Both the position numbers and the translations under genes were made by a program. A model generated the notes under the pieces. The model worked only from the letters and a program-made list of their open reading frames with translations, was not told where the DNA came from and ran no database searches. A stretch of DNA of 64,000 nt. It comes from Octopus sinensis (Eukaryota). Location of the stretch: the NCBI RefSeq assembly GCF_006345805.1, contig NC_042998.1, positions 76,074,001-76,138,000 on the forward strand. The letters are read 5' to 3'. Each line of letters opens with the position of its first letter. The stretch's first letter is position 1. Below, one piece after another: positions 53,420-64,000 of this stretch.

Positions 53420-53459
<40 letters not shown>

Positions 53460-53533
53460 TACACACATATAACATTTTTTTCTGTAATGAGATAAAAAAC
53501 CAAAACTGTAGATTTTAGACCATTTATAAATAA

Positions 53534-53578
53534 GTCTTACAGCTGTTTCTAGGATATTTATATCCCTTCATCGGAGGT
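53534..53578 (-). ncRNA. Degenerate type I hammerhead ribozyme motif
   Basis: ACCU-CCGAUGA-AG-GGAUA UAAA UAUCC-UA-GAAAC-AGCU-GUA-AGAC; U4 changed to C and stem I weakened. Confidence 0.6.
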
Positions 53579-54456
53579 GGTGTGAGATGGTTAAGCAATA
53601 GTTAATTTAGATAAGATACGAAATAGAGAGTGAGGTGGAGGAATGAAAATAGATGCGAGATATGCAAGGATATTGTATTTGTAGATTCATTATTTAGGCA
53701 GAGTGGTATACATACATATAAGATTCCAATACCTTATGAGTAAAATCCAATAGTATTTAAAATTGGTCATTCTGAGTATAGAGTGTTATTGACCTAAAAG
53801 TAGGGAATGTATTAGTAAGGTCAAATCGAAAATAGGAAGAGAGGAATAAAGAAAGAGAAAAAAAAGAGAAGAAAATAAGAAAAATAATAAAATAAAATAA
53901 AAGAAGAAAAAGCAGGAAGAGAGGAATAAAGAAAAAAAAGAAAAAGGAAAAACAAGGAAGAGATAGTAAGGGAAAGTGTACCAGATAATTTGAAAGTAAG
54001 AATTGGAAGATAAGGGTGATAAAGAGAGAAAGGTATTAGAGTGTAAAAAGATAGAAGGAAGGGGGTGATAGAGAGAGAGGCATAAAAAATAAAGGAGTGT
54101 CAATTGTGCTGAGATAGTCTAAGTGATGAGGCAGAGAGGTGGGTAGTAGTATGGAATGAAGAATTTAGGAATTTGGGTGGTTGGACAGGTCAGTGCTTAG
54201 TAGTAGAAGAAAATTATATATATATATATTATATCAAATTAGAGATAAAACCACTATTAGGCAAATCAAACAGTGAAAAACATAAGCCAATACATAAAAT
54301 TAATTTAAAAATATAAAAGTATAAAAAATTATTTAAATAATTTAAACTTATAAATTTTATATATATATACAAATATATATATGTATGTATATTTTTATAT
54401 TTATATATTATTTTATTTATTAATTAATTATTAATTAATATATATATATATATACA

Positions 54457-54710
54457 TAATGGCCCAGTGGGTAGGGCAGCAGTTCATGGTCGTAGGATCG
54501 CGGTTTCGATTCTCAGACCGGGCGTTGTGAGTGTTTATTGGGCAAAAACACCTTAAAAGCTCCACGAGACTCCGGCAGGGGGTGGTGATCCCTGCTGTAC
54601 TCTTTCACCACTCTTTCTTTCCCTCTTTCTTCTGTTGGCCTGCTCCCTAAAACATTGTGACCAGCGATGTGTAACAACAGCTGATGGTCTGGTCGGTCAC
54701 GTGATCACAT
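54457..54710 (+). mobile_element. tRNA-derived SINE (another family)
   Basis: TGGCCCAGTGGGTAGG A box and GGTTTCGATTCTC B box; GC/CpG-rich body. Confidence 0.65.
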
Positions 54711-55077
54711 GATATATATATATATATATATATATATTTCTACCAAGAAATCTAATGCCCACAGCTTAGTTTTTTCCTTGGGGCTGGCCGAGTTGGAGCA
54801 AATGGAATTAAACAGCTGAAATTTGCCATGATGATTCGGTTTCTGACTGAAGATTGAAGGCTTCGAATGACTTGTCTGTTTTCCGTGTTCGTCCCTTCAT
54901 GTATTTCACGTTCTTTATATATAAATTTTTATTCATATATATCTATATATATAAAACTCTAGTTGTGTGAGTGTCTGTCCCCTTCGATTTAGATTCCTAA
55001 CTCCTCCCACATTTTGCGGTGCAGTTTAACCAAATTCGGGTATCTTATAGTCGTGATTCATATCGAGCCCGTCTGGC

Positions 55078-56248
55078 GGATCTTTTCTATTCTGAAGCCA
55101 GTTTTTTCAAATTTTTCCTACTGAACCAAACAATTTGAAACTTCGTATACTGGTAGAATGTGTCAAAAGTAAACTTAATTATAAACCAGAATGAAAACGG
55201 AATTGTAACTTCTAAGTTTAACGTTGTTTAATAATTAGAATTTTAACCAATGATATTCCGTCATTCGGCTTTATTTTATTTACTCCGTCTCGACCACCAA
55301 TTTCGTGACGTATTAAACATCTTAAATGTAAACAAGCGTGTGTGAAGAGACAGAGAGAGTAATGTGTGAAAGAGAGAGATAACTGAAATTTTTTACTCAG
55401 TGTATGTGTATATGTATGTCGGCATGTATGTGTGTGTGTATGTATGTGTAAGTATGTGTGTGTGTGTATGTATGTGTGTGTGTATGTATGTATGGCCAAT
55501 TCATCGTAATTACGATGAATCGGCCATACATACATAGATACATACACACACACACATACATGCAGACATACATATATACATACACCGAGTAAAAAATTTC
55601 AGTTATCTCTCTCTTTCACACATTACTCTCTCTGTCTCTTCACACACACTAACAGAAGCACTTCACTTACACAACATACTGTCTCCCACACCCCATCAAA
55701 CACACACACACACACACATGTACATCAATGCTTCCCCTAGACGGTAACTTCAAAGACAAACTTCCCTCATCATAAAATCGCTTCCTCTTAGTCTCTTTCG
55801 CTCTCATTACTTATGTAAAAAAATAAAAGTTTTTTACGGAAATCGACGGAAAACTTGTGCTACGACAAGAGAAACTTCGCCGAAATTTAATATTAAAAAA
55901 GCAAAGAGCTGGCAGAAACGTTAGCACGCCGGGCGAAATGCGTAGCCGTATTTCGTCTGCCGTTACGTTCTGTGTTTGTTTACAGTTTTCCGAACGTTAG
56001 TACGTCACAAAAGCGCTTTCTACGTCACACTAATAGAATGCAGTCAAGTTTTACACATGAAAACAAACAATCTGATTGGTTAAAATTCGCAGTTTTAATC
56101 TACGATTAAAGTCATAAAATAGATTTTTCTCAAATAAACTAGTTCCAACCTGTGTCTTGTTTTGCTAGACTCTATCAGCATACGAAGTTTCAGATTATTT
56201 AGTTAAGTAGAAAGATCTGTGGTCCTGGCTTCAGAATTGAAAAGATCC
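55078..56248. mobile_element. Non-autonomous TIR element, Merlin-like (GG termini, 8-bp TSD)
   Basis: 24-bp TIRs GGATCTTTTC(T/A)ATTCTGAAGCCAG (23/24); TSD CGTCTGGC/CGTCTAGC; the empty site is seen in the 32289 Helitron copy. Confidence 0.7.
55339..55649. repeat. ~310-bp palindrome with no spacer (centre 55509/55510)
   Basis: TTCATCGTAA|TTACGATGAA centre; outer arm sequence GTGTGTGAAGAGACAGAGAGAGTAATGTGTGAAAGAGAGAGATAACTGAAATTTTTTACTC is matched exactly on the other side. Confidence 0.92.
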
Positions 56249-57677
56249 CGTCTAGCTATTAGCGCGCGTCAACGATGAGTCTACGATTTAAAAAATAATT
56301 TAACATCATTTTTTATTCCATTTTAATGCATAATTTTTTGTGTGTCGATGGCGGCGGAGTTGGCGTCCACGCTCACAGCTGCACCTGTTTGCTTCTCCCC
56401 CTTCCCTCCCTCGTGAAGCTGTGAGGAAGGAAGTGTAAAGAAATCAACGTCGTAATGCGTTGTCAAGGAGACCAGCGTTCTTTTAGAACAACGACTTCAT
56501 GGCTTGAAGACACCAAAACAGAAATGGCTAAGAAAGCCCGAATTGGCATCTATAAGGGAAGTAACTCTCTAAAAATGCTTATATAGTTATTTCCCTTACA
56601 AACCCGAGCAACGCCGGGCGATACTGCTAGTATATATATATATGTATAAGGAGTTGCTGAAAAGTTCCTGGGTTTGGGTATAAGAAAATACAGGAGGATC
56701 AATTCATTATGACTTTATTCAACATATTCCTCTCTCAGATTCACACACTTACTGCAACAACCCTTCACCTTCTCTAAGCTTTGTAAAAGAACTCAGAAGG
56801 TTGGGCCTCCAGCTAGGCCTTTTGCAATACCCTTAAAATAGCTTTTCAGCACTCCCTCACAGGTAGATGCCATGAAATGCTATATATCATTGTTTACATC
56901 AGTGAAATATACCAGCTAAATTGCAAAATCGATGAATGGTTTGTTGGTTTGTAGTATTGAAAGCAGTTCCTCCTGTGAGAAAAATTGCCAACTACATATT
57001 TACACTCTGTCCATAAGTAATCTTTCTTTTCATCTGCTCAACACAGTAGAGACTGCAGACAAGCACTTGCCCAATAGACTATGGTGTAGACAGATCTACT
57101 TCTATTCCACTCTATTGAGAAATTATTTCTACTTATTTATCCAATAGATCTTTTGCAACTAACTTACAACGAAAGATTGAGTGGGTTGGGAGTCATGGGT
57201 CACTGTAAAGGTTGCAAACAGCAATGAGAGAACTTTGGCTGATAACAAACAACTAAGTGATTGTTTAACCAACATCTTAAACAAACAATCAATCAGTTAA
57301 TTGATTAGATATATAACCAATTGACTAATAAATAAAGCAGTGAGCTTGTGCATGTGTTATTATTATTGGCATAATGACTCTCCCAGGACTCAACAAAATT
57401 TATTTAAATTAGTTTCTTTCAACAGCACAAAGATAATTACTAACTCACTCACTCTACTCATTAATAATCTACAACTAAAACCCTTAAAGTTGCTACAATT
57501 GTTTAGGCCTAACTTTGATGGTCTTTCATGGTAACCCCAATGTATGAAGTATTACCAAAACACTGCCATTTGATTTAATTGATCAGCTTGGGCACCTTCA
57601 AAAATAATTGTACATGAATTTAACTACAATATAAAGAGGATAACATCTTGGTGGTGGGTGGAAGATATTAAGCAACT

Positions 57678-58130
57678 AGAGTCCTTCGATCACCTCTGTC
57701 TACGCTGCATCTTTTGTGTCCGATGGCATCACTGTGTCTCCAACAATTCGGTGTGACACCAGTGCAAAATCACCTCCCTCCGACAAGTCATCCTAACAAG
57801 ATGTCTGCGTTGGCTGGGTCATGCCCTCCGTCATCAACCAGGAGAATTCATCTATGAAGCAATTGCCCCAGCTCCCCTTCAGGGTTGGCAAAAACATGTG
57901 GTGGACAATGAAAAACCTGGCTGATGACAGTCAAGGCTGATCTGGAACCCAACCTAGGCCCCCATGTCTATGGCATTCGCCGCTGGAATAGGGAGTGGTT
58001 GGAGATCATGTGGTCGTTAGCCTCAAATTGCCAGGCCTGGTCGGCATTTGTGAGAGATGCAGCATTGAGGATGAATGAAGCCAGCTCAACCCACCTCAGG
58101 TGAATGCTGTCTCAAGACAAGACAAGAAGA
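57678..58130 (+). mobile_element. RTE/RTE-X-like LINE 3' end, (CAAGA)n tail
   Basis: FDHLCLRCIFCVRW..VSNN...ILTRCLRWLGHALR. Confidence 0.75.
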
Positions 58131-58999
58131 TAAAGAGGATACTTGTTAGACTAATCCCAGAGGAGACAAATTAATTAGAACTGAGAACATTAAATTAGCT
58201 CTAAATGTTGATATAAGAGAATTATACTAGAACGACCCTTACAAATAGTCATAAATGAAATTGATAACATGTAACATAGAAATGAAAGAGAAACTGTTTT
58301 CAATACTAGTGATAAGATAACAGATGTAGATATTTTAGTCATCCTAATCATAAACTACAGAAGCAACATAATAATTGGAAGTTAAAGTGAGTGAAGATTT
58401 CAGAAAAACTAGAAAACTTTGCTTGTTCTGAAGTTACTATGCTAAAGACAATATTGATAGGGTATTTGAATTATGCTTATAGAGAAGACAGAGCTTGACA
58501 CAAATAACACTTGTAAACCCCCAAAATATTTAAAGTGGTGAAGGGAAAGAGATTAATGAAATAAAGGTGTATGGAAAATAACTTTTCTCTCTATATAAAG
58601 TAACAATAAAATACATCTTGGAAGCTAACTACATTGAGGCAGAATGTTTAGATAAGGACAAAAAATAGTAAAAAGGTTATAAAAAAAATGGACAAAATTC
58701 ATGAAGTTGGAACTATAAAATATATTTTTAAAAACTGGAGGGAAAAATATTCCACTAATATAGCATAAAACTCCATCAAGAGGAATGAAATCCATTTTGA
58801 ACTGTTGTTGGCTTTTGCTCTGATTTCATTCCTCTTGATGGAATAAAATTAGAGCACACACACATGCATACACACGCGCGCATACACACACATACACACA
58901 CGCACAACTAACACCAGCAGCAGACTATGCAGTCAGCACAAATAAAATTAATTTCTGGCTGCCCAGTCCTTGTAAAGATAATATAGATCCCCACATATG

Positions 59000-59430
59000 A
59001 TTGGTTTTATTTTGAAGTATGATTGGTTAGTTAACTCTGTTCTTGGAATAATTTGATATGTACTAAACCCAGTATATGACTAATCAGGTGCAATAATCTG
59101 GGGCATGCTTGTGCAGACTGATGAAAATATTGGGAAACAGATATTATGATTAATGACAAGAATAATAATCTATGTTTTCTAAAAAGCATCTCAACCCTTT
59201 CTGTCTGAAGTATTGAGCAAAATGAAGTTAAAAAAGATACAAAGGTTTTAAAACAGAAATAAGTAGAATGTGGAGTATGAAAGTAAAAATCAATGCCAGT
59301 AATTATTGGACCACAAGGTATGACACATAAAATAGACATATAATCTATACCAATGCTTACAATTTCACACACAGTCTAAAAACTTAGGCCTATTAGGTAC
59401 ACAACCCACATATGCAAAAATACTTAATGT
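59000..59430 (+). mobile_element. RLE-type (R4/Dong/NeSL-like) non-LTR C-terminal relic
   Basis: Degenerate IIWGMLVQTD...PVIIGPQG...LLGT pattern (W.F.I.TD..RPD..KY..PVIIG.LG..LLGT). Confidence 0.55.
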
Positions 59431-60949
59431 AATAGCACAAGTTATGTTTACTGCACAACTAATATATACTTTACATAATCACCATCAACTAACAAAGCTC
59501 ACACTACATTTTGTACCATCATCAATGAATACTATAGCACAACCCATTATAAGGTCTATCCTTCCAGTATGTGGAATAAATATAACCTATCAATATTGTC
59601 TTTTGCATAGTGGCTTCAGAAAACAGCCTGTACTTTTTGGGTTTTTATAAAATCTTCATTTCATTTAACTTGCAATTTATTATGCTAATGCTGTACTTGT
59701 CCTACTTGTCCTAGTTAATGTGTTCTCTTGTTACCACCTTGTATTCTTTTAGTAAAGTGCCAACCACCTCATGTCTGTGGTGCCCAATATGATGGTGACA
59801 TCTACATTTGATTACACAGCCTTCTCATATTACAGTTCAAGTGAGATGCCTCTCAACACTTCTGGCTTCTGCAGCAATGGTTCAAGAGCCAACACATATA
59901 GGTGGGATGAAAAAGGACACTCTTAACAGACTGAGCACATAATTTCAGATGGTTCTGCTAAGTAGCCATTTAGTTTGACTACTGAGCAGATGCCGCTGTA
60001 CATTGAAGTAATCCAGCATCTAACAAATGAAACAAAAACCAGCTGCTGAGGACCACTGCCATGTACTAATGCTTGATCTTAGTGAATATTTTCAGTTGGG
60101 TCTGAGCATTGCCAGTGAACCATGAGTTTTATTTTGAAGTATTCTTTTTTCTTATTTCTGATTCCACAAACTCTCATAGTTCTTTGTTTATCACTGATGG
60201 CAAATCCTTTCTATTATAGGCACAAGGTCTGAAATTTGGGAAAGGGAACTAGTTGATTACATCGACCCCAGTGTTTCACTGGTACTTAATTTATCGACCC
60301 CGAAAGGATGAAAGGCAAAATCGACTTCAACGGAATTTGAACTCAGAACATAGTGATGGGCGAAATGCTCCAAAGTTGAACATATTTCTTTCAAATTATA
60401 TCCTTCTTCATCTTGTAATTTGAAACACTTACACCTCTGATTTTCATGGTGCACTATATTAGTTAACCTTCTATTTTAAGCTTCTTACTTTACTAAATAC
60501 ACCCATTTTGGTGGTACTGCTCCTTAAAACTCCCTGTCTTCTAGTCTCATTCATTGTAATATTCTGTCACCATATCCACTGCATCTAACTGTTGCAGAAT
60601 ACTACTTTGAATGCTATAATACCATTTCAAAATAATGGACGTTAAATGATGATGATGATGATATAATCAAAGCCAGTAAGTAGCTTATAGAAGGTTGTCA
60701 CCTAGGAATGCCTAGTTGTCTTCTATGTTATAGTTTTTTTTACCAAATTACTCTTAAAAGATATCTTTTAACTTTCACACCTTTCTCTTATTAGTAATTT
60801 ACAATTGTGTTTTCAACCTATCAGACAGACATTTGTTGTTAGTGGGTACTAGTTTCATAATTGCCATTGAACTGGTTATTTAATTGAAATAAAAAGGGCA
60901 CCCTAGAGGTAAATCAAACACCAAGAGTACAACTGTTGTAGGTAATAGA

Positions 60950-61600
60950 TTAGCTCTGTGAATTTCAGATGTGTTGCTAGTAATATCATAGTATATGGTG
61001 AAAATGGTATTATTGCACTTAGCATTAGCAAAACATTGACTGTGTTTGGCATGCAAGTTCTTAGCTAAACTGCTGATGTGTGGGTTCCATCCATCTCTGA
61101 TCTCTTAGATTGGAGGCATCCTGTCAGCTGTTAAGAGACCAAATTATAATGTCTCTATCGAAAGATGTGATGAAGGTCTCTGTTGATAGACACAGCACAG
61201 GTTTTGGTATGAATTGGGTGTTTGAATTAAATGTGAGCAGAACATTAAAGAAGAATGAAGAATGACTTCATCTGTCTAGGAGTGCATGATGTTAGAAAAA
61301 TATATGTTTTTTTACAGGAAGAGGAATGTGGGAGATATAGCTGAACAGTACAATAGCATGAAATTTGTTGGAACCCAACTAATACACTTTAATGTGCAGT
61401 TTGACAGGGAACTTTCACTCTAAAAGATGAGAGGCAACTGGATCCCACAAACTTAGAAAGTGGAGTCTTTAGTAGTCCTGGCTTTACAGAGACCTTACTG
61501 GTTATTGCAGAGACTCCTTGTTGACGTTAAATTTAGGAGTTTGACCAGGATGTGCATTATCTTTAGACTACTCTGATTGAGGATAGTATAAGGAACATTG
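60950..61600 (-). mobile_element. Decayed CR1-like LINE RT fragment
   Basis: Degenerate AVSLDISKAFDRVWH-like region. Confidence 0.45.
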
Positions 61601-61912
61601 TAATGAATCTAGATATAAATACTGTTTATACTGTGTTGCCTTAATATTCAACATATCTTTAGGACAATTACAGTTTAATTTTGTTGTTAAGGAGGACAGA
61701 AATCTGTCTCTGGAAATGTGCCTGACTTATGTAGAAGAATCATGTAAGATTAGTAATAATAATAATGGTTAAATAATAACAATATTGATAAGACTTGTGA
61801 ATTTGTTGGAATTGGATGAGAACTCTCTGCTTCCAGACTATTAGCTTTAATCTTCACTTTACCTTTGTAGAAGATAAATGGTATTATGTTTTTGTTGTTT
61901 TTCTTTTTTAAG

Positions 61913-62056
61913 CAATTGGTTGATGTTAGACGTTACGCGGCAAGAGGCAGAAAGAATGCTTTTGGCTAAGAATAGCAACATGCAGTATGTCAATGGTGAT
62001 GGTGCCTTCCTTGTGAGGAAAGGTCGACAAGAAGGAGAACATAGTTTGTCTGTCAA
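61913..62056 (+). CDS. GRB2: GRB2/Drk-family adaptor exon, first half of SH2 (NWLMLDVTRQEAERMLLAKNSNMQYVNGDGAFLVRKGRQEGEHSLSV-K)
   Basis: Polypyrimidine tract plus ag acceptor and gtaagt donor; 144 nt, phase 2 to 2, splices in frame to both neighbouring exons; DGAFLVR and SLSVK SH2 motifs. Confidence 0.95.
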
Positions 62057-62266
62057 GTAAGTTTTAGGATATTTTTCATTTATAAAAACTTTGTGTATTT
62101 ATTGTTGTTTTACTTTTTTATCATACAAGGCAGAGAGGTGGAGCCAATAGCTTTTATATGTCATTTTATAAATGCAGGGGATAACGATAAAAAATGTTCA
62201 GTTTGAGTTATTTCAGTGATTGTAAAGTCCCAAGATAGACTAAGAAAAGAATTTGTATAAGGTTTA

Positions 62267-62486
62267 CAGTAATCCTTCACCATATAGTGATTCACCTAAT
62301 ATGGTTTATTATTTAAGCTTATGTCGATTCCTCTGTGGTGTTGTTTTGCATTTATGATAAAATCAATATATACAAATTATAAAAATGATTAAAAAAATAT
62401 AGTTCAGTACTGTTTCTTCTTCATGGATTTTCACCTATCACGGGAGATTTTGAAACGTAACACCTGCGATAGTTGAGGGATTACTG
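62267..62486. mobile_element. Tigger-type MITE in the SH2 intron
   Basis: TA|CAGTAATCCTTC ... GAGGGATTACTG|TA. Confidence 0.8.
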
Positions 62487-63758
62487 TAGTGAGAAAGCAG
62501 AAAGAAAGTGAAAGCACTTTATGTATACAATGAATGTAATTTAGTATGTAAATTAATTAGAAAGAAACCATTGATGTACGGGTAGAATTGTGATTAAAGA
62601 GTATTGATCAAATTGCCTATCAATCAGTACAGATATATTTCTTGAATGCAATGAGAGAGAGAGATTATAATTGTGTAAGTGTCTGTAGCAAGTATTCCAT
62701 CCTGATGATCTGTATTGTACAGAGTAAGGAGTATTTGAACTTTATACAGAGTTATCAAGTTATCAAAAATTTATAACTATGACCATTACCCACACTAAAG
62801 TTTTCTCAATCTCCCCATCAATATTCTTCAAACAAATCTGTGATTATGAAGAGGATATGTATATATTAGAGAGAGGCTGTGGTCATACGAGGAACAAGGC
62901 CTGTTCACATACACCAAGCAAGAGTCAGAAGATGTGATCTATGCTGTTATTAGTGACAGTAAAAAGGCAGTTAATTTAGAAAAGGAAGTGGGTGTAATTA
63001 GTTACTGAAGTCTTAAATATATTTGAGTTAATAAGTAATCATTAAACTGAATCTGCTGTCTATAAATTGTGTGACGGAGTGGCCCAACAAGAAGGTTTTG
63101 ACTCAGCCAAGGTGCAGTGTTATGAGTCTTATTCCTTGGAATAATGTAGTGTAAGTTTTGATGAGCTTCAACAAGACCCCAAATTCCTGTTGCAAAATAT
63201 TTTGATGTTTCCATTGATGAAAGCTGTGGTGGATTCACAAGAGGTGTTGCAGACCCCTTCTAAGAAAAAGTTTTGTTGGGTATCAAAGTGATAAGTTAAA
63301 TTATTAATATATATGAAGCATGATTATAAATTACATGAAAAAGTAAGCAAAAATTTTATGAAGGATACTTATGACAGTTTGTCTTAGGATGAGTTGGCGC
63401 AGGCTACTTGCATGTGACATATAGAACAACATAATACTTGGGTGACTTGAAAATATTCTTTGATGTAGACCCTACCATTTGAATGGGCAAGAAAACATAA
63501 GGATTTGATTGATTATGGTAATGACTTCCATTTGCACTGTATTATATTTGCTCATGTGTAAAACGTATTGATTTACAAAATTGTAATATATGTAAAATGA
63601 CTAAATGTTCACTTAGAGTGGAACAGGTCTTAAAACCCAGTTTATTTATTGTTATTGAGAAAAACCAGTGAAAATTAAAAACATTGCTGTCTTTTATTTA
63701 AATGTATTGTTAATTTCAAGTTTTGCATAAATAATATTTTCTTAATTTCTTTTCTCAG

Positions 63759-63927
63759 ATACATGTGTGAAGTACAACATTTCAAAATATACAAACAGAA
63801 TGATGGCCATTTTATATGGGAGTCAGATAAATTCCCAACACTTGGAGCTTTAGTGAATTTTTACAAATCATCATCTGTAAGCCGAAGCCACCACATAACC
63901 CTTAAAGAAATTGTTAAAGAACAGAAA
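63759..63927 (+). CDS. GRB2: GRB2/Drk-family adaptor exon, second half of SH2 (YMCEVQHFKIYKQNDGHFIWESDKFPTLGALVNFYKSSSVSRSHHITLKEIVKEQK)
   Basis: tttctcag acceptor and gtaaga donor; 169 nt, phase 2 to 0, the same length as the GRB2 exon FGNDVQHFKV...SVSRNQQIFLRDIEQVPQ; VQHFK and SVSR motifs. Confidence 0.95.
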
Positions 63928-64000
63928 GTAAGAAAACGGATATTTTTGAATCTAATTATAAATATAAAAATCTGTCTACAGTGAATGGGTTGATTGTAAA

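Larger units (their letters stand above)
54942..56630 (+). mobile_element. Non-autonomous Helitron with a nested TIR element
   Basis: A|TCTATATAT ... CCCGAGCAACGCCGGGCGATACTGCTAG|T. Confidence 0.9.

Noticed and set aside
54847-54878. Hammerhead-like CTGAAGA...CGAAT...GTC on the + strand
   Set aside because: Stem II is not closable, the core reads GAAU and stem I is absent.
61878-61912. N-terminal part of ORF-track protein MVLCFCCFSFLS
   Set aside because: It is the intron polypyrimidine tract; the exon starts at 61913.
63928-63984. ORF read-through VRKRIFLNLIINIKICLQ as the C-terminus
   Set aside because: It begins at a gtaaga donor at the conserved GRB2 intron position; the C-terminal SH3 exon is expected downstream.

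Overview
AT-rich, repeat-saturated eukaryotic DNA. It is most consistent with an Octopus (coleoid cephalopod) genome, inferred from the SINE families and the RTE LINE 3' tails ending in (GAT)n; no database search was run. The only host protein-coding signal I can support is three + strand exons of a GRB2/Drk/Sem-5-family adaptor: the second half of the N-terminal SH3 (48550-48647) and the SH2 domain (61913-62056, 63759-63927). They have GT-AG boundaries and the GRB2 intron phases (0,2,2,0). The first coding exon was not found in the 48.5 kb upstream, and the C-terminal SH3 exon lies beyond the window. The rest is intronic or intergenic and filled with decayed mobile DNA: RTE, RTE-X, CR1, I/Jockey-like and RLE-type LINEs; several tRNA-derived SINE families; Tigger, hAT, mariner, maT (DD37D) and Chapaev3-like transposase relics; piggyBac-, hAT-, Tigger- and mariner-type MITEs; Helitrons; and Penelope-like inverted repeats. 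The most notable signals are hammerhead-ribozyme cores (one near-intact with an ~86-nt stem II insert, one coupled to a palindromic tRNA-like head), a ~310-bp zero-spacer palindrome inside a Merlin-like TIR element nested in a Helitron, a mariner fragment captured inside a MITE, and a divergent SH2 phosphate-binding loop. I found no prokaryotic-type system and no CRISPR array. Most ORF-track entries are TE fragments or microsatellite artefacts. TE boundaries are approximate unless termini or TSDs are quoted.
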